This document shows, piece by piece, positions 1 to 6,421 of a stretch of DNA of 32,000 bases. Position 1 is the first letter of the stretch; each line of letters starts with the position of its first letter. This DNA is from Tannockella kyphosi (GTDB lineage: Bacteria; Bacillota_I; Bacilli_A; Erysipelotrichales; Coprobacillaceae). The position numbers were made by a program, and so were the translations under genes. The notes beneath the pieces were generated by a model. The model did not search any database. It had not been told where the DNA came from and was given only the letters and a program-made list of their open reading frames with translations. The stretch covers positions 1,950,001-1,982,000 of the forward strand of contig NZ_CP088239.1 of NCBI RefSeq assembly GCF_021054785.1, given 5' to 3'.

Positions 1-462
1 AGAGTATGGTATCAATACCAATAACCAAATATTTATAGTCCAAAATTGCTTTTTTGCTTTTTCCTTATATTCACCGATATATTGTCCAACAAAAAATATC
101 ATTACACCCATAGCCATCAATATTAAGCCAATCATTACGGAAACTGGCGATTGTTCCTCTACCCAAACTACTATGGCAACAATTAATCCGATAAAATTAA
201 ATGCTGTTCCTGCCAATGTAAATATACGTGCATCTGATTTGTCTTTTGTATTCTCTGGCTTTGGTTCGATACCCTTTATTATATAATCTGTTGTAACCTC
301 AAAGTAATCACTTAGTATTGTAATCTTATCAATATCGGGTATACTTTGTTCACTTTCCCATTTTGAAACAGCTTGTCTTGAAACGCCTACCTTGTCAGCA
401 AGTTCTTCTTGCGAAATGCCTTTTACTTTTCTTAAATGTTGTATTCTGTCTGCTATGTTCAT
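1..462 (-). CDS. XRE-family helix-turn-helix regulator with C-terminal membrane-spanning region (partial; 3' end lies outside the window)
   Basis: Absent from the ORF track because there is no stop inside the window. Manual translation from the ATG (complement of 460-462) gives MNIADRIQHLRKVKGISQEELADKVGVSRQAVSKWESEQSIPDIDKITILSDYFEVTTDYII (HTH_3/XRE signature). This is followed by hydrophobic stretches FTLAGTAFNFIGLIVAIVVWV and VMIGLILMAMGVMIFFVG. The frame stays open to position 1. AGGAG (complement of 472-476) lies 9 nt upstream of the ATG. Confidence 0.8.
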   Translation of the reverse strand, partial: MNIADRIQHLRKVKGISQEELADKVGVSRQAVSKWESEQSIPDIDKITILSDYFEVTTDYIIKGIEPKPENTKDKSDARIFTLAGTAFNFIGLIVAIVVWVEEQSPVSVMIGLILMAMGVMIFFVGQYIGEYKEKAKKQFWTINIWLLVLIPYS

Positions 463-491
463 AGTTAGCAACTCCTTTCTTTTATGGCTCA

Positions 492-500
492 ATTATAGCA
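492..500 (-). promoter_or_regulatory. Candidate extended -10 (TGcTATAAT) promoter element for the XRE gene
   Basis: The minus strand reads TGCTATAAT about 30 nt upstream of the ATG at 462. There is no good -35, which is tolerated for TGn extended -10 promoters. Confidence 0.4.
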
Positions 501-511
501 AAACCATCGGT

Positions 512-532
512 TGCATAACCACCATTTATGCA
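512..532. promoter_or_regulatory. Inverted repeat TGCATAA-N7-TTATGCA, candidate operator overlapping the -35 region of the XRE promoter
   Basis: Perfect 7-bp arms at 512-518 and 526-532. A 10-bp perfect palindrome AGTTGCAACT lies at 552-561. GTTGCA occurs in both elements. Confidence 0.3.
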
Positions 533-728
533 TTGAGATATGTCAACCTACAGTTGCAACTATGTTTTTAGCACTCAAACTAATATAAATAACCTGTATA
601 TGCAAATCTTATCACACTAGACTTACTCATTCAATGATGGGTAACAATTAAAAATGCAATTGCTATAACCTCTATAAAAGCTACTTCAGACATAGAATGA
701 AAGAGCTATAAACCTTAAGATTAATATT

Positions 729-764
729 TTATTACGACATTTATTACGACATTTATTACGACAT
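729..764. repeat. Three perfect tandem copies of a 12-bp unit (TTATTACGACAT)
   Basis: Read directly: 729-740, 741-752 and 753-764 are identical. The array starts 6 nt beyond the fic stop codon (770-772). Confidence 0.95.
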
Positions 765-769
765 GCGTG

Positions 770-1732
770 TCACATTACTTTCCATCCACCTGATTTATTT
801 GCTCCTACTTTCTCGATAATCCCTTTTTCTTTTAAATCCTTCAATATTCTTTGAACTTGTCTTTGAGAAATCTTTAATTTTTTTGATGCTTCTATTGAAG
901 ATATCTTATTGTTTTCTTTTATTAAATTTAACAATTTATCATGGAGTGACTCTTCTTGATATTCTATATTGATAATTAATTCATTTAATGATGATTTTAT
1001 AATTTCCAACATAAAACGAACAAATTCTGTTGATTCACTTTGAGTATTGGCCGTATTTATTGCTTCATAATAGCCAGATTGTTGGTCATGTATTAGTGAT
1101 TCAATCGGTAACCATAAAAAAAATTCCTTCCAATCTGCTAATAGAAGAGTATGCCACAATCTTCCCACTCGTCCATTCCCATCTGAAAATGGATGTATAA
1201 ATTCAAATTCATAATGAAAAATACATGACTTTATTAATGGATGTATTGTTGATTCTTTCATCCAAACAAATAAATCATCCATCAATTGTGGAACATACTG
1301 TGGTGGTGTTCCTGCATGGATTAAATGATTCCCATCAAATACACCTACTCCTCCACTACGAAACATTCCGGCTTCTCTAACTAAATCATTCATCATTAAT
1401 CCATGGGCCTTTAATAAGTCGTGAACTGAATAGGGATCTAGTTTTGTTAAACTATGATATGCTTCATAAGCGTTTTGTACTTCTCTAATATCTTTAGCTG
1501 GTCCCAAAACTTTTTTTCCATCTATAATATCACTTACCTGATTAATAGTTAATGAATTTTGTTCAATTGATAAAGAGGAATGGATAGACTGTATTCTATT
1601 CTCTCTTCTAAGAACTGGGTTCTTAGAAAGCTGTTGTTTAGATACAAGCACTCCTGTTTGTTCGGCTATTTCTATTACCAAATTTGTAATTTCTTCTGTT
1701 ATAGTAAAGGGTGATTTATATTTTTCTATCAT
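770..1732 (-). CDS. Fic/DOC family protein (AMPylase-type active site) with C-terminal winged-HTH-like tail
   Basis: 320-aa ORF. The canonical Fic motif HPFSDGNGRVGR (HxFx[D/E]GNGRxxR) is at aa 180-191. An N-terminal Fic_N-like helix carries SLSIEQ (aa 53-58), a variant of the inhibitory [S/T]xxxE[G/N] motif. The C-terminal part ISQRQVQRILKDLKEKGIIEKV looks HTH-like. Confidence 0.9.
   Translation of the reverse strand: MIEKYKSPFTITEEITNLVIEIAEQTGVLVSKQQLSKNPVLRRENRIQSIHSSLSIEQNSLTINQVSDIIDGKKVLGPAKDIREVQNAYEAYHSLTKLDPYSVHDLLKAHGLMMNDLVREAGMFRSGGVGVFDGNHLIHAGTPPQYVPQLMDDLFVWMKESTIHPLIKSCIFHYEFEFIHPFSDGNGRVGRLWHTLLLADWKEFFLWLPIESLIHDQQSGYYEAINTANTQSESTEFVRFMLEIIKSSLNELIINIEYQEESLHDKLLNLIKENNKISSIEASKKLKISQRQVQRILKDLKEKGIIEKVGANKSGGWKVM
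1082..1116. repeat. 35-bp direct repeat, copy A (inside fic, codes WLPIESLIHDQ)
   Basis: TTGGTCATGTATTAGTGATTCAATCGGTAACCATA. It matches 2157-2191 at 34/35 positions. It abuts an A8 run at 1116-1123. Confidence 0.95.
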
Positions 1733-2048
1733 TTCATATCATCCTTTCTTTTTTTATATTATTTCCAAAACTACTTTTTGCAGTATAAAAACATTTTTTG
1801 TAAAAAATTGTTGATTTTGATAAAAACCACTATCTAGCATTAATAACAAGGTATGATACCTATAGCATAAGGAAGTAGAGTTAAAAATAACAACTCCTTC
1901 AAGTTAGATGCATGCTTAAATAAATTTTTGATTAGAACTAAATATCACTTATTAGCATATACAAAAATACTTTATCATAAGTATATCACTATATTGTAAA
2001 CTTAATAAGCATTAGTTCTAATTTAATAGTATACCCTCATACATATAA

Positions 2049-2078
2049 ATGATGTGGGGTAAAATTACCCAACATCAT
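2049..2078 (-). terminator. Hairpin, possible weak terminator downstream of the zinc-ribbon ORF
   Basis: Arms ATGATGTGGGGTAA (2049-2062) and TTACCCAACATCAT (2065-2078) form a 14-bp stem with one mismatch. On the minus strand it is followed by TTATATGTATG, which is only moderately U-rich. Confidence 0.3.
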
Positions 2079-2156
2079 CATGATATTTATTGTTTGATTT
2101 CCTTCTGTTTTTTAAAATGCAACAAGAACTAATATACTTATCATCATTAACATTAC

Positions 2157-2191
2157 TTGGTCATGTATTATTGATTCAATCGGTAACCATA
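2157..2191. repeat. 35-bp direct repeat, copy B (fic-derived fragment overlapping the 3' end of the zinc-ribbon ORF)
   Basis: TTGGTCATGTATTATTGATTCAATCGGTAACCATA, with one G>T difference from copy A. The flanks on both sides are unrelated to the fic flanks. Confidence 0.95.
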
Positions 2192-2424
2192 TTCTCATCG
2201 ATTAAGATTATCTTACATTCAGCACATCTATAACATTTCACTCTAGCTCCATATTTGAGAAAGTTAAATATTCCTAACTTAATATCATTTTCTTCTACAG
2301 CCCAACGACTAGAAAAAGTTTGTTTCTTTTTCTTGTTAGTGGACCAACTTATTACCTCACCTCTTGCTTTAATGTATCCAATTGAAAATAGTTGGTTACA
2401 AAAAGGACAATTTTTACGTTTCAT
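2176..2424 (-). CDS. Small zinc-ribbon protein (two CxxC pairs), function unknown
   Basis: 82-aa ORF with CPFC (aa 6-9) and CAEC (aa 67-70). A strong SD, GGAGAAGGAG (complement of 2432-2441), lies 7 nt upstream of the ATG. I recall a similar zinc-ribbon DUF family in Firmicutes but did not verify this. Confidence 0.6.
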   Translation of the reverse strand: MKRKNCPFCNQLFSIGYIKARGEVISWSTNKKKKQTFSSRWAVEENDIKLGIFNFLKYGARVKCYRCAECKIILIDENMVTD

Positions 2425-2586
2425 AGAATTACTCCTTCTCCATTTAAGTTTTATGACAATTATAACAAAGCGAACCCGACACAGTATGTCTAGTTCAAAA
2501 ATTTATATTCTCATATTTTATACAATCTCTAATATAAGCAAAATATAAATAATCTCGTGTATAACCTAAGCTCCTTTCGCTTTCTT

Positions 2587-3240
2587 TTATTTTCCCCAAT
2601 GAATAGGTTCTTGATGATGTTGTATTAAAAATTCATTTGCTTTACTAAAAGGTTTTGATCCAAAGAATCCTCGATAAGCAGATAGTGGAGAAGGATGTAC
2701 TGATGTTAAAACACAATGTTTTGTTTGATCAATATATTTTGCTTTTGATATCGCATTTTTGCCCCATAAGATAAATACCATTGGTTTCTCTCTTTGATTA
2801 CAGGCATCAATAATAGCATCACTAAACTGTTCCCATCCTTTTTTAGCATGCCCATTTGGTGTACTAGCTGGTACTGTAAATACAGTATTCAACAAACAAA
2901 CACCTTGCCTTGCAAGATAAGTCAAATCCCCATGATCATTTACTTCTTGTTCCATATCACTTTGAACCTCTTTAAATATATTAACTAAACTTGGTGGAAT
3001 TTTAACTCCTTTTTGAACACTAAACGCTAAACCATGAGCTTGATTAGGACCATGGTAAGGATCTTGTCCTAAAATTAATACTTTTACATCTTCTAATTCA
3101 CAAATACGAATCGCGTTATAAATATCTTCTCTTTGAGGATAAATTATTTTTTCTTGATATTCTTGATCTAAAAAGATTTGTAACTCTATAAAATATTCTT
3201 TTTTAGATTCTACTTCCAATACTTCTTTAAATGTCTTCAT
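2587..3240 (-). CDS. ung: Uracil-DNA glycosylase (family 1)
   Basis: 217 aa with the hallmark motifs GQDPYHGPNQAHGLAFSV (water-activating loop) and HPSPLSA (Leu-intercalation loop). The length is typical for Ung. Confidence 0.95.
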   Translation of the reverse strand: MKTFKEVLEVESKKEYFIELQIFLDQEYQEKIIYPQREDIYNAIRICELEDVKVLILGQDPYHGPNQAHGLAFSVQKGVKIPPSLVNIFKEVQSDMEQEVNDHGDLTYLARQGVCLLNTVFTVPASTPNGHAKKGWEQFSDAIIDACNQREKPMVFILWGKNAISKAKYIDQTKHCVLTSVHPSPLSAYRGFFGSKPFSKANEFLIQHHQEPIHWGK

Positions 3241-4063
3241 GAAATATATACTTTCTAATAGCTTCTGCTACTACACCTTCATTATTATCTGCTTTCGTGA
3301 CATAGTCACATACTTCTTTTACATCATCTACTGCATTATTAGCAGCTATTGATAAACCTGCTACTTCTAACATAGAAAGATCATTATAATTATCTCCAAT
3401 TGCTATTGTTTGTTCCATTGGTATATTTAATAACTTTGCAAGTTCTTTTAAACCTTGTCCTTTATGTACTCCTTTTCGATTTATTTCCATATAACGATTA
3501 GATGAATAACTAATTGTTACTTTTTCTTTTAATCGATTATCTATTTGTGCTTCTAATGAATGTAAATATTCGATATCTTCACTTTGAAATAGAATTTTAC
3601 ATATCGGTGTATCTTTTAAGAAAGATACATCTTTTTCTTTTTTCTCTACAAATTTAAGTCCTTGTCCTATGAGTCTTTGACGTTCATTATCTTTCATATC
3701 ATAACCATAAGGTCCTTCAAAAGTACCAATTAAAACACATACATCCTTACCCCATCCAAACTCAGCTAATTCCTTCATAATATCATAATCCAAACCATTA
3801 AAAGATAAAACCTTACTCCCTTTATTCTCTGATAGCGATGCTCCATTATAAGAAATAACATACTCATCTTCCACATCATCTAAACCTAATTCTTTCAATA
3901 CTTTACTAATCTGTGCAAAACCTCTACCTGTAGCTGGTACAAATTTAACACCATACTCTTTACTTGCTTTCATAATAGCTTCTATATTTGCTCTAGGACA
4001 AAGATGTTCATTATTTAATAATGTTTCATCCATATCACAAGCAATCAATTTATATTCCATCAT
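3227..4063 (-). CDS. Cof-type HAD-IIB family hydrolase (sugar-phosphate phosphatase type)
   Basis: DMDETL (DxDxT motif I), VPATGR (motif II) and GDNYNDLSM (motif IV). AGGAG lies 3 nt from the first ATG (4063) and 6 nt from the second (4060), so the true start may be 4060. It overlaps ung by 14 nt. Confidence 0.85.
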   Translation of the reverse strand: MMEYKLIACDMDETLLNNEHLCPRANIEAIMKASKEYGVKFVPATGRGFAQISKVLKELGLDDVEDEYVISYNGASLSENKGSKVLSFNGLDYDIMKELAEFGWGKDVCVLIGTFEGPYGYDMKDNERQRLIGQGLKFVEKKEKDVSFLKDTPICKILFQSEDIEYLHSLEAQIDNRLKEKVTISYSSNRYMEINRKGVHKGQGLKELAKLLNIPMEQTIAIGDNYNDLSMLEVAGLSIAANNAVDDVKEVCDYVTKADNNEGVVAEAIRKYIFHEDI

Positions 4064-4886
4064 TTTCTCCTAACACAAACTTCTCTATTGTTTCCTTTAC
4101 AGCCCCTTCATAATAATCATGAACCGTAACATAATCACTATTATCTTTCACATCTTGATTCGCATTACTTACAGCCACCCCTAAGCCAGCTGCTTTAATC
4201 ATTTCTAAATCATTATAGTTATCTCCAATAGCAATCGTTTCTTCTACTTCTATTCCTAAATAATTAGCTAAAAAGCGAAGTGCTGCTCCTTTATCAACAC
4301 CAGCAGCATTAAATTCTAAATATCTATTTGATGAATAACTAACACTCACATCAAAAGTAGCTATTTCTTTTTGACACTCTTTCTCAATTTGTTTTAAGCA
4401 GTCCATATCAGGGTATACATATAATATCTTAACCAATTTTACATCTTTTAAGATTGGTAATTCTTCTTCTTTTAAAATAGTAAAAGGACACTTTTGTGTC
4501 GTTTTTCTTTCTACTTCTGATTCAATAGGATGAATCATATAACAGTGATCACTTGAAAACAACAACAATCCTGCTTTAGGATAGCTCTTAATCATAGCCG
4601 TTAACTTCTCTGCAAGCTCATAAGTAACTCCTTTAAAATAAAGAATACGATCATTCTTATTTTCAATAATCATTCCCCCATTATAACAAATCGTATACTC
4701 TCCCTCTTTTTTCAAAGCATCTAGTTCTTCTAAGATTTCCGTTACCATCATATACCCTCTCCCAGTAGCAGGTACAAACTTCATTCCTTTTTCTCTAGCT
4801 TTTTTTATTGCTTCTATGTTCATTGTTGGTACATGATGATTCACTATAAGTGTTTCATCTAAATCTGATAACATTAATTTATACAT
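4050..4886 (-). CDS. Cof-type HAD-IIB family hydrolase (paralog of 3227-4063, same length)
   Basis: DLDETL, VPATGRG and GDNYNDLEM motifs. GGAGG lies 6 nt upstream of the ATG at 4886. 278 aa, like its neighbour. Confidence 0.85.
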   Translation of the reverse strand: MYKLMLSDLDETLIVNHHVPTMNIEAIKKAREKGMKFVPATGRGYMMVTEILEELDALKKEGEYTICYNGGMIIENKNDRILYFKGVTYELAEKLTAMIKSYPKAGLLLFSSDHCYMIHPIESEVERKTTQKCPFTILKEEELPILKDVKLVKILYVYPDMDCLKQIEKECQKEIATFDVSVSYSSNRYLEFNAAGVDKGAALRFLANYLGIEVEETIAIGDNYNDLEMIKAAGLGVAVSNANQDVKDNSDYVTVHDYYEGAVKETIEKFVLGENDGI

Positions 4887-4907
4887 AATAATCCTCCATT
4901 TAGGTCT

Positions 4908-4916
4908 ATTTTAGCA
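4908..4916 (-). promoter_or_regulatory. Candidate extended -10 (TGcTAAAAT, preceded by TG) for the HAD-HAD-ung operon
   Basis: The minus strand reads TGTGCTAAAAT about 22 nt upstream of the ATG at 4886. This is a TRTGn-type extended -10, as commonly seen in Gram-positives. Confidence 0.4.
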
Positions 4917-4944
4917 CAGGAGTAATAATAATATTGATTTTTTC

Positions 4945-4978
4945 ATAAAAAAAAAGAAGCACAATGATAAGCTTCTTT
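4945..4978 (-). terminator. Orphan rho-independent terminator-like hairpin (minus orientation) with no annotated gene feeding into it
   Basis: Stem AAGAAGC (4954-4960) / GCTTCTT (4971-4977) with a 10-nt loop. On the minus strand the stem is followed by a run of about 8-9 T (complement of the A9 at 4947-4955). On the plus strand only TTT follows. Confidence 0.5.
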
Positions 4979-5084
4979 TCGAATATCAGTATTTATTACG
5001 GGAAAACAAACACAATTAAGATATTCGGGACAAGTACATAATAACATATTTGATACCTAAATTACTTTCATATGAAGAAAATAA

Positions 5085-5103
5085 ATTTTCATAATATGAA
5101 AAT
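5085..5103. promoter_or_regulatory. 19-nt perfect palindrome ATTTTCATA-A-TATGAAAAT (candidate operator)
   Basis: Read directly: 9+1+9 perfect symmetry. It lies 130 nt upstream of the capA-like ATG. A related 10-bp palindrome, TTCATATGAA, is at 5067-5076. Confidence 0.3.
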
Positions 5104-5232
5104 AGCTCTATGTTTCTTCTTTTTACATCCTTCGTGACTTCTTTATCTTTCTATGATATCATTGTCTAAAAGATATTTAAGTGGTTATATCAATATAAAT
5201 AGATACTATCTAAACAAAATAAAGGAGATTGT

Positions 5233-6414
5233 ATGAAAAGAGTAAATTATAAAAGAGTCTTGCTTGTTGTAGGTTGTTTTTCTTGTTTGGTGGTTAGTAC
5301 CATCTTTTTAGTATCTCAACTGTTCAGTAATGATACTGATCAAGAAGATATAGAAGAAGATATAGTGGAAGTAGAAGAAGATAATACGGTTTCTTTTTTA
5401 GCAGTAGGAGATAATATTGGTCATGATCGAGTAAATGCATATGGTGATATAAATGAAGGAGAGTACGGAGATGGAAGTTATTCTTTTTTACCTTCTTATA
5501 GTAATGTTGCTAGTTATATAGAAGAAGCTGATTTGTCTTTTGTGAATCAAGAAACAATTGTTGGTGGTGATGATATTGGAATTTATGGTTATCCTGCTTT
5601 TAATACACCTGAACAAATGGCACAAGATTTAGTTAGTTTAGGGTTTGATATTATTAATGGGGCTAGTAATCATACGTGTGACATGGGACTTGCGGCAATT
5701 AATTTTACTTGTGAATTATGGCGTCAATTTGAAGAAGTTATTTATGTTGGGGTTTATGATAGTCAAGAAGATGCAGATACGATAAAAACAATAGAAAGAA
5801 ATGGAATTACTTTTTCTGTTTTAAGCTATACTTATGGAACAAACGGATATACTATTCCCAATGATTATAATGTTTATTTGTTTGATGAAGATAAAATAAC
5901 AGCAGATGTTGCAAAGGCAAAAGAAGTAAGTGATGTTGTGATTGTTTCATGTCATTGGGGAACTGAAAGTGTGTATGATATTACAGATACGCAAGAACAG
6001 TATGCTCAATTATTAGCTGATTTAGAAGTTGATTTGGTGTTGGGTCATCATGCTCATATTATTCAATCTGTAGAATGGGTAGAAGGTGTCAATGGAAATG
6101 AAACATTGGTTGCTTATGGTTTAGGGAATTTCCTTAGTACAATGGAGACATTAGATACTCAATTAGAAGGAATGTTATCATTGGATTTTGTAAAGACGGA
6201 TGATGATGTAGTGATTGAAAATGTAGAATGGATTTCTTTAGTGAATCATTTTGAAGATGGTTTTGAAACAGCAGCTCCAACAGTTTATTTATTAAGTGAA
6301 TATAGTGAAGAATTACGTCAAGAACATTATGTATTAAGTGATTATCCAGATGCATTAGAATACTTTGAAGAAAAAACAGCAGAAATAATGTCAAATATAT
6401 CAATAAGAGAGTAG
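5233..6414 (+). CDS. CapA/PGA-cap family metallophosphatase-fold protein, membrane-anchored
   Basis: 393 aa with an N-terminal TM helix followed by an acidic linker. FLAVGDNIGHDR, SCHWGTE and GHHAHIIQ resemble CapA (PGA_cap) family motifs. AAAGGAG lies 7 nt upstream of the ATG. Confidence 0.8.
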   Translation: MKRVNYKRVLLVVGCFSCLVVSTIFLVSQLFSNDTDQEDIEEDIVEVEEDNTVSFLAVGDNIGHDRVNAYGDINEGEYGDGSYSFLPSYSNVASYIEEADLSFVNQETIVGGDDIGIYGYPAFNTPEQMAQDLVSLGFDIINGASNHTCDMGLAAINFTCELWRQFEEVIYVGVYDSQEDADTIKTIERNGITFSVLSYTYGTNGYTIPNDYNVYLFDEDKITADVAKAKEVSDVVIVSCHWGTESVYDITDTQEQYAQLLADLEVDLVLGHHAHIIQSVEWVEGVNGNETLVAYGLGNFLSTMETLDTQLEGMLSLDFVKTDDDVVIENVEWISLVNHFEDGFETAAPTVYLLSEYSEELRQEHYVLSDYPDALEYFEEKTAEIMSNISIRE

Positions 6415-6421
6415 GTAAAAT

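Noticed and set aside
729-764. The tandem repeat units contain TCGTAAT, one half of the Bacillus-type Zur box (TCGTAAT-N-ATTACGA).
   Set aside because: The half-sites are arranged as direct repeats at 12-bp spacing, not as a 7-1-7 inverted repeat. No zinc-related gene is adjacent. I treat it as a coincidence unless a motif scan says otherwise.
770-1732. Fic plus the neighbouring XRE gene as a toxin-antitoxin pair.
   Set aside because: The Fic protein carries its own N-terminal inhibitory motif (class II-like), so no separate antitoxin is needed. The XRE gene is 307 bp away with its own promoter, and its product is fused to membrane helices. This architecture does not fit known Fic/antitoxin (VbhT/VbhA-type) pairs.
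1931-2132. 11-bp inverted repeat ATTAGAACTAA / TTAGTTCTAAT (1931-1941 and 2012-2022), plus a third partial copy AGAACTAA at 2125-2132. This could be read as MITE-like ends in the fic upstream spacer.
   Set aside because: The arms cannot be extended by even one base. There are no target-site duplications. By rough estimate, several 11-bp inverted repeats within 100 bp are expected by chance in DNA this AT-rich.
4991-5000. ATTTATTACG, matching 10 of the 12 bases of the tandem-repeat unit, recurs upstream of the HAD operon.
   Set aside because: A single AT-rich 10-mer match is roughly expected by chance in 64 kb of two-strand sequence (my rough estimate is 0.3 occurrences). There is no repeat structure at this site.
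4943-5047. 34-aa Cys-rich minus-strand ORF (MLLCTCPEYLNCVCFPVINTDIRKEAYHCASFFL) in the HAD/capA-like intergenic region.
   Set aside because: There is no convincing SD, only AGG 9 nt upstream. Its last codons are formed by the terminator hairpin and U-tract, so a terminated transcript would lack the stop codon. More likely it is non-coding.
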